NCBI GenBank assembly: GCA_010909165.1 | Contig: VJWM01000116.1 | Location: forward strand, 496,001 to 560,000 | Direction of reading: 5' to 3' | DNA: 64,000 nucleotides | From: Anthoceros angustus | Lineage: Eukaryota; Plantae; Anthocerotophyta | Part shown: piece after piece, positions 1-12,858 of the stretch | Layout of the letters: the number at the start of each line of letters is the position of its first letter | Numbering within the stretch: the first letter of the stretch is position 1 | Made by a program: the position numbers and the translations under genes | The notes under the pieces: generated by a model | What the model was told of the DNA's origin: nothing | What the model saw: only the letters and a program-made list of their open reading frames with translations | Databases searched by the model: none

Positions 1-2265
1 ATGTAGAGCACTAAGCTTGTTTTAGTATGGCTGTTGATATGCTGGTAAACCCTAAGCAGTTAAACTTCAAAGCTTTTATGTATCTCTGTCATATCAGTCC
101 CATGACAGGAATTCCATCTTTAGTAGGATTTAATATTTTCTTTTCTTCTAATCTGCTCTCCAAGTGGTTGACGTGGGTTCAATTCTAGTCTATGGCATGT
201 TGATGTGGTGCCCTCTATGTGGCCGACGCGTGTTCGATTCCGTGTAGGCCACGTGGAGAATGCCAGTTACAGGCATACAACAATGAGTAAGACAAGTTTA
301 TGATTTCTTTTCCTTATCAACCCAAGATCATAAGAATATCATGGCTATATAATTAAACCATATGGAGGCAAAGATCATAAGAACATCTTTACTATATAAT
401 CAAACCGTCCGGAGGTTTGGGAGATGCCAGTTAGAGCTATGCAACAATGAGTAAGGAAACTCTATGTTTTGTTTTTTGCTTTTCAAGCATAGAATATAAC
501 AAAGAAACATCATGGCTTTCCTAGGACAGAAAAAATTCCATCCAAGTGGATTATAAAAGACTTCTTCCTCTTCTTTTATATAATAAAAATAAGAATATTC
601 TCCCAAAACCATTTAGAACATGAAAGTCACATAGTCACATTGATATCCTCCTTCGAATCCTCATCAATGGCCGTCCTCATCAATGGCCGCCAGGGTTGTA
701 AAATAGTCATGGTGTACTCGCGAGCAAAGTCAAGAGCAACTCACAAGCAACTCTTGAAGGGGTTCTTTTTAGGACGGCAGAGCAGAGTCCCAGCGTACTC
801 TAGAATGACTCCTTTTAGTATGGAAACGACATAAGTGATGCAGCCTCGACAACCTTAGCAATTAGTGGCATATAGGCCATTCAATCTAGGCATATGCCTA
901 GTTAGGACATAGTAGGAGATGCGTTAGGTGACTTTAACCACGGAGTTTAGTTGCTCTTTGTTTGGGCCTCTTTTGTCCTCCGGTAGATGGGCTGACCCCA
1001 CCCCTATGAAGTACACAATTCCTCCTGTTAGTGACGGTGACGGTTGCGTGCTGAAATGGTGGGCTCACCCCATCTCTCCTCCCTCGATGAAGTGCACAAG
1101 TCCTCCTGATTCGGACGGTTGGTGTGCGAAGACCACGTTCTTTGTCTACCCCAGCTTGTGGAACACCAGCGTACCTTCGAAGCTCTTCGATCAGCCTGGG
1201 TGTGGAATGCCCCCGGAGGATGCGCTCAGAGTATGCCAGAGGAACGCTCAAGGTCAGTGAAGTCAAAAATTTGTTTCCTTGCCGGGCCACAGGTCCCGTT
1301 CTCAGTTCAGGGCAAGCTGACGACTTTTAGACAGTTACACCCGATGCAGACTGTAAGTCCCTTTCATAATGTGACGGGAAAATACTGGGACAAGGCAATC
1401 CACATCTTCCGACAATTTCCAGATCACGATACCGGAAGATGGTTGACCAATTCCAGCTACTCCCAATCCTGACGCGACTTCTACAGGTCCAGGTCCTGCT
1501 ACTAAAACCGCGAACCCTTGCCTCCTCACAACTTGGATTCTCACCACGTTGTTTCTCATACTATTTCCACGTAATAATTGCCATCACCTGGGGAAAAGCT
1601 CCACAACCAGCTGGTCTGAATCGAGGCCAATCCACCACAACCTGAATGTTCCTCTACCTGCCCTCCAAACCAGACTGCCACTTCACTTCTAGTGGTTTGA
1701 TTTGAGATTCTCATCCAGAACAACCACTCCGCCAGTTAGGTGTTTAACAGAGCAGGCTGATAGCCAACGCACAAGCAACTTGTTGATGGACGCAACAGTG
1801 AGAACCAAGCGCATCTGAGCTGCCTGAGGAAATACAGACGGCCAAACCGCACGTCCAGAGCCAGAGGTAAAACAACCAAGCTGCGTGCTTTCAAACAGCA
1901 AGGACCTGACCTGAAGTTCTAATAAAGGGATAAACTAAGCATCATAAGAAAACTACATAACGGTAGAGCACGCCAGTACACAAACCCACAACAAAATTGA
2001 AAAGACTAAGGAAAGAAATCCGACAACCTCAAGCAAAGGGAGCCCATTAGTTTGCTCACACATACAAGCAGCTCATGAAGCAGTGGCTGAGGGAACAGTG
2101 CCCCGAACAAGCTTGTATGTAACAGAACCTTAGTGCTTATTTGGCCTTGATTGCCCTGCAAAACCGTCATACAGCACCACTCAATTCATAAACCAGCCTT
2201 AACAGACCACTTTCCGGAATAGAAAAAAACGTTCTGCACACTATGAAGTCCACCAAATAAATAAC

Positions 2266-5142
2266 TCACGGGCTGGTCTTTGCTGGAGATAAAGAGCTGC
2301 TGCTTCTACCGTGGCTGCTGCTGCCACTAACGGCCCTGATGCAGGTTACACATGATATAACATCGGATCATTGCCAAGGACTGGATAGAGAAAATAGTAA
2401 AACACATCGAATGCATATCGCCATACTTCTTTGGACTCCGGCTCTTGGATGGCTTTTTAGCCACGCGAGGAGGTGATCGCTGCCACCAAAGACCAAATTA
2501 GAATCCTGCAGCAAATTGTGCATTGCAAAACAAACCAAAAAATATGAAGTATAAAGCTGTCCAAGACCATAAAACACACCTTCTTAGGTGCACCAGGGGA
2601 CTCTGAAGAGTAGGAACTTGATCTTCCACGCCTCCCTAAAGGTGACCGGGCCCTGCTGACAGAGCACACATATTCCCAAGTGCTCATGACCCAAATGTTC
2701 CAGTTTGTTCAACTGATGCCACCCATAGATCAAAAGTCTACCTCCGAGGGGCTGAACGAGAGCGAGACCGTGACCGAACAGGCCTCCGTGGTGGTGGGGA
2801 CCTGGTGCGCCGACGAGCAGGCGGAGATGATCTCCTGGGTGGAGTTCGACCACGTCTAAGTGGAGGTGGAGATCTGTGTAAATATCAGCAGTGAAGCACA
2901 CTTGTCATGAATTTTATGACAAGAAACTCAGAAGACAATGGAGTGGATCCATCCACTTGAGCAGCAAAATACTACCTGCGTCTGTAAGAGACTGGAGACC
3001 GAGGACGGCCCATAGGACTTCCCCTCACTCTCCTTGGTGGGGACCTGTGGCTGAAAACAACCACAAGGCATCATGAGAACAGAAGTGATAGAACTTGTAC
3101 ACCCAAAAACCATACTAAAGAGGATGTGACATGAACCTTGGAGGTGACCGGCGCCTTCTTCGGAAAGGAGAAGGTGACCGTCTCCTGGGAGGTGATGAAA
3201 CTGGTGGGCGACGTCGAGGAGACTCTCCAGGTCTCCTCCTCGGGGATAATGACCTCTTTCGTGGTGGCGGTGACCGTGATCGCCGGCGGCCTTGAGGTGG
3301 GGCTGTGGGAGAAATCAGCAAGTCTTAATAGACTGTAACACTACAAGGAAAGAAAGGCCTGGAAAAAAATGATCCAGCACTTACAGTCTCTTCGGTGTGG
3401 AATGACATCCTTCACCACATCCCTAGGAATGTTTTCACGAAGGCCTTCTTTCTTCAGGGGGGGTGAAACGGCTCGCTGAGGAGACTGCTTCTTCCGAGGC
3501 AGCAGTATGAACTGTGCAGTTACAAGATTTCCATCTATTTGGCCCTGCAATTAGAAGCAGTCTCTAGCACTTTAGCACGTTTCTAGCACTTATTTCAACA
3601 ACCCTGTTAGCTGTACCATGACTTGTGTTAACAGTGCCATCTTTTGATTCACTCACCCCATCCATGTGCTGTAGGGCTTTCTCAGCATCCACCCTTGTCT
3701 TGAACTCTACATACCCAAATCCTTTAGGGAGGTTCACCTGCAACAGAACAACTAGGAAACAGGTGAGGGTTGAAGAAAAAGGAACTGGACTCAAGAAAAA
3801 GGTTCAGCAAACTTAGGATTAGCAATCTGTGGAAATGTAGACTTCTGTATAGTAGAGAAAACGAATGGCATGCATTTTCCCCGTGGAAAAAGTCCTACGG
3901 TTGTCTGGCCGCTGCTTCACAATGGAGAGAAACACATGAAGCGTCTTATATTGGCAGGGCATGGATGAGCCCTCCATGGGGAGAAAGGGATCAAACCACA
4001 CAGGCCTTAGCAAACTAAGACTGAGATTAGCAATCCAGTAGAAAATGTGGACTTCTGTATAGTAGAGAAAACACATGGCACGCATTTTCCCCGTGGATAA
4101 AGTCCTACGGTTGTCTGGCCGCTGCCTCAAAATGGATAAATCCACATGAAGCGTTCTATCTCGGCAGCACATGGATGAGCACTCTATTGCAAAAAAAAGT
4201 GATCAAACCACACGAGCCTTAGCCAACCACCTCCGCGTGCAAGAAGGAAAAGGCCTTACCGCCCGATCCATAGCAAGCTCGACGTTCACGATGTCCCCAT
4301 AGTTGCCTGCAGGGATTCAACCATGTATTAGTATGATAGATGCCATTTGAACCTCTGCTGCCAATTGCACAACAGCAATGCCCCTGCTCTCTGCCTCGCC
4401 TAGGGTTCAAGACCTACCAAAGATTTCTCTCAGATGAGCCTCATTCACATTGCGCGTCAGGCAGCCAATGTACAGAACCGTAGACTCAGGAGTAGGAGTT
4501 CTTTGCTTCCTGTCAAGAATCAGAGCTGCCGGTTGAAACAAGGAAACCGAACTTGAACAGACAAAAACTGAGCACATCGGTGGCAGCCAGGGTGAAAGCA
4601 GGACATGCAAGCCAGCATCGAACAAGCATAATATCCGGTCTCTACTTCGCTGGTGAAGGCTTTCTCGGAGGAGGAGAGCCAGAATGAGGCTTCTTCACAG
4701 CAGCAGAAGCGGCTCCCGTCCTACATTGCCGAGCATCGCGTCACAACGAGCACGACAAACAATTGGTGGCCAGAACCACAACATGGCAACAAAAAGCAGG
4801 GACCTGAGCCTCCCCCCGACGCCCAAGAAGCAAAACAACTGCCAATACTCATCCCGCAAGCAACCGTCCACAATTCACACCAATCGACAGGAATACCACC
4901 AAGCAAGAAGGCAATGCAAATACAGCTGCAAAGCAACGGGAAGCAGAGAGTGGTGCGGCGTACCCCTTCTTGGAAGGAGGGGAGCGGGACCGGGAGCTGC
5001 CGCTGTCGGAGGAGGCGCTGGAGGAGAGCGACGCCGAGCGCGAGCCCGTGGCAGAGGAAGAACCCGAGTAGGAGGAGGAGCGCGACGCCGAGCCCGAGGG
5101 CGACGTGCTCTTGGCAGCTCGAGGCCCAGCCGGCTTCGCCAT
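2266..5142 (-). CDS. SR45: Arginine/serine-rich splicing factor SR45 (RNPS1-like): RS region, RRM, RS region; about 11 coding exons
   Basis: ATG at 5142 (MAKPAGPR..., Ser-rich). RRM exons LYIGCLTRNVNEAHLREIFG / NYGDIVNVELAMDRA / VNLPKGFGYVEFKTRVDAEKALQHMDG / GQIDGN, then RSPP-repeat exons. GT-AG junctions visible. Stop TGA at 2268-2266. Confidence 0.92.
3833..3960 (-). ncRNA. Putative box H/ACA snoRNA, copy 1, in an SR45 intron
   Basis: On the minus strand: 5' hairpin (GCTTCA...TGAAGC), H box AGACAA (3906-3901), 3' hairpin GGACTT...GAAGTCT with internal pocket, then ACA-TTT (3838-3833). Confidence 0.7.
4043..4170 (-). ncRNA. Putative box H/ACA snoRNA, copy 2 (tandem duplicate, 210-bp period), in an SR45 intron
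   Basis: Same hairpin-H-hairpin-ACA layout: H box AGACAA (4116-4111), stem GGACTT...GAAGTCC, ACA-TTT (4048-4043). Stem differences from copy 1 keep pairing through G-U. Confidence 0.7.
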
Positions 5143-5454
5143 GGCCGGTGCGGCTGCTGCCCGCGCTGTGCTCGCTCTCGAATGATTGCGCTCTAAACCC
5201 TCTTTTTACGAAAGTCGGTTTCGAGATAGCATGTTTTGAATAGGTAGGTCGTTCTCATTATAGGTAGGTAGATCAGTAGTCCTTCCAAAGACCTACGTTG
5301 GCCTATATATGTGCTGCCTGATTTCGGATAGGCAATCCATCAGTTTAGGGTTTTTCGCGAGGGCTATAGGTTTGCTCTTGCAACTTGTTCGTCCTTCTCT
5401 TCAGTCCTCACCCTGCAGTAGCGCCGCGTGTTTCTACGGCGGAGCGTGAGCGCC
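5143..5454. promoter_or_regulatory. Short bidirectional promoter / 5' UTR region between SR45 and RPS25
   Basis: 312 bp between divergent ATGs. TATA-like CTATATAT near 5303, telo-box TTAGGGTTT near 5345, AAACCCT near 5195. Confidence 0.6.
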
Positions 5455-6257
5455 ATGGTGCGATTTTCTCCTGCCTGTTGCGTGTTGTTGCCGTGGAGAT
5501 TCCGGTGGGGCTTGTTGTAATTGACAAGGTGCTGGCTCTGCTGTTGTTGTGCAGGCTCCGAAGAAGGAGAAAGCAGCCCCTGCGGCCAAGCCAGCCAAGA
5601 GCGGAGGCGGTGGGAAGCAAAAGAAGAAGGTATTGTGGCCTTCTTTCTGCGACCCGCTGTCGGTCGCTGGCCCGGGGTTTTGAGCTGATAGAAAGCGGAT
5701 TGTGTGGCAGAAATGGAGTAAGGGAAAGCAAAAGGAGAAGGTGAACAACATGGTCCTTTTCGACCAGGCTACCTTTGACAAGCTTCTCTCGGAGGTTCCG
5801 AAGTACAAGCTGATCACGCCGTCTGTGTTGTCTGATCGTCTCAGGGTAAGTGGTTTTCTCGCCGTGAGGATCGGGTTTGAAGCAGTGCCGTATCTTTTTT
5901 CTCTTCTCAGCGTCCAAGCTTGATTCTTTGGCTCTGATTACTTGGTGCACCGTAGCCGATGATGATGTTAAAATCCGAAAACATCTGAATTCCGTGATTA
6001 TGAAAATTATCACCATCTTTCGACTGAGGCTACGGTGCAGCTTTCTGAGGCGTGTGCAGTAGGCTTGCAGTTTCCATGATTGTCTACGGGGTGTACTGGA
6101 TAAGTTGTTTAATCCGCCCTGCTTGTTCTGGATGTGTGATCAGATAACTGGCTCGCTGGCCCGGAAGGCGATCAAGGAGTTGATTAGTAGGGGCACTATT
6201 AGGGTGGTCGCCGCTCATGCGAACCAGCAAATCTACACGCGGGCAACCAACACATAG
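5455..6257 (+). CDS. RPS25: 40S ribosomal protein S25 (eS25), 4 exons: 5455-5457, 5555-5629, 5711-5845, 6144-6257
   Basis: MAPKKEK...[63 protein letters not shown]...QIYTRATNT*; canonical splice sites. Confidence 0.97.
5952..6033 (+). ncRNA. U51: Box C/D snoRNA, U51/snR39-like, in RPS25 intron 3
   Basis: Box C ATGATGA at 5959, D' CTGA at 5985, C' GTGATTA at 5994, D CTGA at 6024. 12-bp terminal stem TGCACCGTAGCC/GGCTACGGTGCA. Guide CACCATCTTTCG is complementary to LSU rRNA CGAAAGAUGGUG; the D+5 rule gives the A equivalent to yeast Am807. Confidence 0.88.
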
Positions 6258-6493
6258 CGTGTCCACGCTCTTTTTGTAGCATCGAGTTGTGAATTTGAGG
6301 ATGTTTGATTATGGAGAGCGTCTGGCGACTGGGAAAGCTCTCTCCGATGCAGTCGAGTATTACGTTGTTCAACTCACCAGTGCTTCTTTGGAGGGGTGTG
6401 CCAATTGTGTGTCAGCTTTCTAGGTCCAGAACGTCTAAAGATACTTCCTTTGTACTGTAGCTCTCATCAGAGAGCCCTAACGGCGTCGAATTT

Positions 6494-8098
6494 CTAGTTT
6501 ACAGACAGAATCTTCTGGGCGAACAGACGCTTTTTGATCCAGAAAACTACTAGGTCGGGGGTGAACTTCTTCTCGTCGATCAGAAAGGGTTCTACAGTGC
6601 TTGGTGTATTCCCGTAGGAGGCGAAAGCGAACCCTCGCGAACCTGAGTGATCAACCCCCGAGACATCAAGGGTTGAGCTATGCACAGACACACAAAGCAC
6701 ATGCCTCCACAGAACAAGCACAATCCCATACCTTCGAATTTTCCGTCCGGAAATAGAGCCCAAAAGGCATATGGCACACCATTCTTGATGAAGTTTCCTT
6801 GCAACTGTAGAACGACATGTGTCAGTACGCTTCCAAATTTCCATACACAGTCACAAATACCGGATTCGAAATAATTACAAACCTGGTTGTCTTGGAAAAC
6901 GAGTTTAATGTCGGTCAAGTCCTGCTCAGCCTCAAACGTTTTCTCCAGAGCCGGGATGACGTCCTCGACAATGCTGGTGGCGAAAGGTTTGGCCGCTGCC
7001 TTCTTGGGAGCCACTTTGCCGACTGCTGGTTTAGGCGCCGGAGCAGGCGGTGCAGAAGCAGCGGCAGCAGGAGCAGCAGCAGAGGCAGCAGCAGGAGCAG
7101 CGGGAGCAGGAGGACGAGGAGGTTCTACTGCAGCAGTAGTGTTTGCTTCAGTAGCAGGGATAGCAGGGGGAGGAGGAACTGCGGGCTCCGCAGCTGAGGC
7201 TGTCCCTCCAGGAGCAGCTTGCAATGCTGTTGCTGATGCGGATTCCGCTGTGACTGCAACCTGCGGGCTAGCTCTGCCGACACCGTCCTGCTGCGGCACT
7301 GCAGCCGTCCCTGCCGCGCCTGCCTCTGTGGCCCCGACGTCTGTGAGGATGCAAAAGGTGAGGCGCGACATCACTCTGTGTAGTCTACCGTGTGCACGCT
7401 CATCAAGGTGCAAGCCGCAGCATTTGCATTGGATAGGAGCTACCTCCGACCGTGATCTCATTGTTGTAACCACCTCTGTCGTCGTGCACAATTGGAAGAG
7501 CAGGAGAATGCCGCCATTTCTCGTCCACAATGAACTTGATCTGATACTTCCCGGGAGCCAGGTTCTGCATCCAAGCAAGCCACATGAAACAATTAATCCT
7601 GACTTCCCCGTCCAAACAAAGTGAATCTGATGCGATTGCAACAAAACAGGAGCTCGCCTGCGTGAGCGTAAAGCCTCCACTTGCGTTTTTGTTGAGCGGC
7701 AATCTGGTTTCCCAATTGAGGTAGTCTGCGGTGATGTAGACGTCGTCGCCCTCCCCGTCCCAGGCGATGACAACCTCCTCTAGCCTCGCCGCTGCCCCAG
7801 ATCCCATCACAAAGCCTCAGCGACATGTGATTCAAACAAAACAAAACGCAATCCTCTAGCAGCAGCAACACTCACCAGTAGCGAGCTCCGCTTCCGGCGA
7901 GGCAACGCTGCGGGCAAATCCCGGAACCTTCCCGGACAAGGATGCATGTTGCCTGGAGGACACCAGCTCCGGCTGCTGGCGGCGTCTGGCAGAGAAGAAG
8001 GCAGACACGCAAGCGCCATGCGAGAGAGGCAAGGCCTGCTGATGCTGGCCTCGCCACGCCTGCGGCAGCGACAACGCAGCGCCTCTCAATGCCGCCAT
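6494..8098 (-). CDS. NdhV: Plastid-targeted DUF2996/NdhV-like protein with an N-terminal CBM48 (AMPK-beta-type glycogen/starch-binding) domain, 6 exons
   Basis: Transit-peptide-like exon 1. CBM48: VIAWDGEGDDVYITADYLNWE...LAPGKYQIKFIVDEKWRHSPALPIVHDDRGGYNNEITV. Ala/Pro linker. DUF2996 C-terminus: KPFATSIVEDVIPALEK...FWALFPDG...STVEPFLIDEKKFTPDLVVFWIKKRLFAQK. Phases checked across the first three introns are consistent; intron 7565-7657 is GC-AG. Confidence 0.82.
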
Positions 8099-10223
8099 GG
8101 CATTCCCCGCGCCCGAGCAACGCAAAACAGAAGCCGAGCAAAAGCAGCGGAATAGCTCCACCGTCAGAACTGGATGAGGCGCCAACGCGCGGCTTGCACA
8201 GTGGTAATCAGTGGGCCGATACACGTGACCCGTATTCGAACACACGCTCGCACTGGAAGCAGAAAGATAAGTATGGACTCATCAGGTGCTGATCACACAG
8301 CCCGCGGGCCACTCACTTTATTGAAGAGCAAAAAATAAGATTCCAAGACGGTCAATGAACATGGAGGCGGGACATCAGGCCTCTCGTAATGTCGATCACC
8401 GGGCGGCGGTGCGAAGGCCGCGAGAGCAGCATGCTCGCCTGTCAAGTACTGTGCCCATCAGCCCAGTCCTGAGAAAGGCACGTTGAAGCAACATTTAAGT
8501 ACCAAGTATCCATGTGCTTCAGCTGCACGCCCCTAGTACAAACATGCCTTGACCGGTTCTTGGGAGCTCCCAGGATTACCTTGCTCGTCCGAATCCGTGG
8601 TGGATGTCATGAGCACTCGGCTCTTGGGCGTTCGCAACCCACCACTCGCTCCTCCAGACGCGTTCAAGTGGTATCTAGATCTGCAATTCGTGAAACAAAC
8701 AACTTAGTGTAGGATCCACAGCTGAATTGGAGACAAAATATGTGCGGAGGGTTAAAAGCCAGACCCTATCGCAGTTCAGGCAGGCCATCAATCCTAAACT
8801 ACAAAATCATCTATAAATCACCCCGTGGGGCAAGCTATCGGCCCCACGGGAAGGCCCACTAAATGCCCAATTTAGCTGTTAACAGAAGTCAAAAACATGG
8901 TCACGGTGATGTTAAGAGTACCTGCTGTTGAAGGAATGTCAGCGTGAACAGTCAAACAGGTCATACCAATCTGCTTCACTTGGGGAGAAGTCAGATTATT
9001 ACACACCACTGCAAATATCACAGAACGCCATACCTCAGGGTGACGCACTTACTACAGGGTTACACTGACAAGGGCATACTCTACCTGGCCTGCCTGCTCA
9101 CGCAATAAGTCACCACAACCTCCAGTTGCATCCTTGCTGACAGCAAGACAGTGCAACAAAGCTGCAACCAGTAGTCAGACTGAATTTATCTGTGCGTCCA
9201 AGGGAAAGAACGAAAGCACACAAACCGCACGCAAACCTTCTTCTGCACAGCCTGCTGAAATGTCTACTGATCACAGATGTCAGAGCCAACTTACAGTGGT
9301 AACCAAAAGAAATTCACTTTCCATGCCTGCTTGTAGAACTACTGGGGGTGGGGTGGGGTGGGGAGGAGGGTGGGGAGGCGGGGAGAGGCTGGGGAAGACA
9401 TTTACTACATCTACGGCCTACCTCAACTTACTTGCCACATAGATTGGATTGTAACAACGAGGTTAGCGGCAAGTGCAAAACCAACAATCAGGAAAGCCAA
9501 CAACCAACAATCCTAACTCATGCAAAGGGGTCATTAACTACCATCTCCATTACACAGGAACCACAGGCTACGAGAGGCCGAAGATATCTGCTCACCTTAC
9601 TGTACAGACATACACAACTTCCACAGATTAATATCAGCAAAACCCTGAGCAAAATCTTTAGGACCAACACGTACAAAGCCCAAACGTCTCAACCTTCGCC
9701 TCATGAACCTCTTGGAGATTTAAAATCAGTGCTAGACAATACTATACCTGAGACCCACAGAGAACCACAAGATGAACACAAGCTTACACGATGCGCGGAT
9801 TCAAGACACTGAAGTCAGTTTACTCATCTTTCAGCTACAAGCCTGCCCTTTGCGGAACAAAGGGAAAGTCAGCTTAGCACGTTACACAGTTATTGGAAAG
9901 GATCAGCTACAGTACAGTGTCAGCTCTCTGAAGTCAAGTTGACCTATCTAGCTACAAACTTCTGAGATCACTAACAACTAACTAGTCAACAAGCACAAAA
10001 CATTAGTCAAAATTTACTACAGCTACTAAATTAGTGAATGACTGCACCTTCTTTAGCTCGCACAAGCTCCTGCTGTATACATACTTTGCCAAAAACCTTG
10101 CCAAAACCATCGTTGGAACTACAGGCACCACCGCATCCATCGATGTTCATGTAGCATGTTCCACGAATGCTTCCATGAACGCAACAGGTGCGGACGGACA
10201 TGACAACTACCCAGTTATCTTGA

Positions 10224-12278
10224 CTACCGCCGGGTCTTAGCTCGTTTCATGCCCGGATTGTTGAAAGGAGAAACGGTCCCACTCATGTACGCAGTGGATG
10301 TTTCCTCTCTGAGAGTGCCATTAAGAATAGCTAGCTCTCTTAGCTGTGCCTTTTTTACAAGATCAAAAGTCTCATCCTGCAAATTCAAGCCCAGAGGTTA
10401 GATTTGCAGTCCTCAGGATGACCCATGCCACAGGGTACCCCACCATCATGAACATTGACAAGTTGTCAGTACAACTAGAAAAGTGCATGCAAGTAGAAAC
10501 AGGAATCTCACCACTGGCTTCAAAAGTTCTTCCAGAATCTCCCTGGCGTGCACTAATTGATGATCAATTATGTTTGCAGGGAGTTCTGCTTCCACGAGCA
10601 CATGGAGAGGCTCATTTAGATGCTCAAAACCAGGTTTATCTCGCATCTTATCTTCCTGCCCAGACAATGCCAAGTTTGGAATCCACTTAGATCAGACTGT
10701 CACCAAGCTAGCTACTTTGATGACACAGGCTCTGACATGCTGACAACGCCCCAGGGGACACCAACTCGGAAGAAAGTTTGGAGACAGAAAGCCACTGAAG
10801 AATGACACCTGAGAACCACCGTTCTTCAAACCCTGCAAAACGGCATTGAGTCCAGCATCTTACTGCAGAGAGAGATTGCCACACCTTTGCAGTATCCTTT
10901 ATGGAACCCCGGCCCCTTATCAGAACACGACACCCCGTCGTAGCTTCGACTCGCTTCAAAGAATTGCCCCTGGGTCCTAGAATTCGACCTACGAAGTTGA
11001 ACTGCACAACATACACAAACAGGCCAGATGCAAGTCAGAAGCTCAGAGCCCCACCATCGTCCCATGATCTCCAAACAGTGACACAAGTCAGCTGCCTCAC
11101 ATTAGGGTACTTGTCTACAGGAACTTCAATCCGCTCTTGTTTCTTCACTAAGGGTACACCAGATCCAACAGAAGGCCCTTGATGCCAGTTCATGGACGAA
11201 GTTTGGTTCATTCCCAGCCGCTGCAGAGCACAAACCTGACACGTCAACCTTCCCATACTCCACTGGATGCAAAGCCGACAAGACCTACTCCAAAAAGGTC
11301 CATAGAAGATTACATCTGATTGGAAGGCACTGCCCCAACCATTGAGGTCTCCAGCACCACCATTGGAGAGCATTCCACCCGACGCAAGCGGGCTCCCATG
11401 ATCTAGCCCATCTGAGTCCACATATGAGGCATTCCCAACCAAAGTGGTCACCCGCACAATTTCTGAGACACCGTGCAGACATGTCACAAGTGAGACTCCA
11501 ACGACGCACTAGCATTTCATTAGGTTCGGCAGAAACAACATCAACCCTGGGGGAAAATATCACACGAGGGCAGGTGAGTAGACAACAGCACATACATATT
11601 CCGTGAAACCTGCTTGCCACATCAACTCCCTACATTTACTCCCGGAACGGCTACACGTGCCCCTACCTTGATTCAAAAGGCGACTGCAATTGGGAAGAAC
11701 TTGCATAAACGGCCCCAGTTTTTGCCGCTCTGCTAACAGCTCCGACAGATACCTGCAAGACGAGACATCTTCAAAAACCCTTCGAAGAAGTCCACCAAGG
11801 TGCCAAGAACTGCAGAAAACATGTCTCCCGACACCTCATACTGCTGACCCCCATTAGGAAAGCACTCCAAAAACAGCCAAAATCAGGTCTACCAATTCCA
11901 ACCGCATTTGCCCACTCAAGCCACCACTCCCACCATAGGGATCAGACTGAAACACAGCGTAACCGTTTTGCCAACGCCCGGACCCCACCCACGCGCGGAC
12001 AATTCATGACGGCAATACAGAACCCTAGAACCACGGCAGCCAGGTCGGGCCCGACCAAGACGCTGATGCCATCTTTTCGAAGCCACCTAACTACATCCTC
12101 CATCCCGTCAGCGGCCGGACCGTTTCCTTCATCTTCCCACACACAGCACGCCAGGTACAGCAGCAGTGCACAAAACGGCTTACTTCTCGTGCTCTGCGGC
12201 AGCACTGGAGGGGCGGAGCACTCCCAGATGCGGCGACGAAGCCGTGGAAGGTGAGAACTGGAGATACCGCCCCGCCAT
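10224..12278 (-). CDS. KH-domain STAR/Quaking-like RNA-binding protein (SPIN1-like), 7 exons
   Basis: [11 protein letters not shown]..., [89 protein letters not shown]...GMKRAKTRR*. Confidence 0.95.
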
Positions 12279-12858
12279 GGAACAGTTGTAACCGTGTTGT
12301 CGGCTAATGCTGCCCCCGACCCCTCCCGGACTGATCGAGGCAGAAAGTGTGCTATCTGAATTTCCTCCTGGGACTGCCCGGCTAGCCCCGTCTCCTCATC
12401 TATCTCTGCCTCCACTTCCCACTTCCCGCCCTCGAACTAGCAAACCTAGACTGGTGCCAGTCCACGAATTTTGTAAGCCGTTATTCTTTACGGGACTTGT
12501 GGTAAATCCTCGTTCAAGTACCACACAACTCCACTCGCCCACATCGATCCATTTTTTACCACACCTCGTAACCTGAGGTAACTTCGTTTCATCTGCGTAG
12601 CTCCTGTGGTCTGTGGTCGGAATCCGGATGGGGTACCCGCCGCACAAGCACAACGGATGAACATAGTCCTGTACGGAAGTACGGAACTCCTTCCAGTGGA
12701 CCTCTCACCTCACCTGCCAGGGTGGGTTCCATTGGAAAATGAATAAACTTTTCGATTACCAAAAAACAGGAATATCATACCTACCGTTGCCAGCCAATCA
12801 TGAGACGAGTTCCAGGTCCAGTTCCAGTTCGAAGGCTGGCTTTCGGGAGAACGAAGGC

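Noticed and set aside
928-1472. Overlapping ORFs downstream of SR45
   Set aside because: No domain motifs or gene structure; only a small internal duplication. Treated as UTR or intergenic.
4653-5243. Long + strand ORFs overlapping SR45 exon 1, and similar antisense ORFs at 6887-7624
   Set aside because: Shadow ORFs of GC-rich low-complexity exons on the opposite strand.
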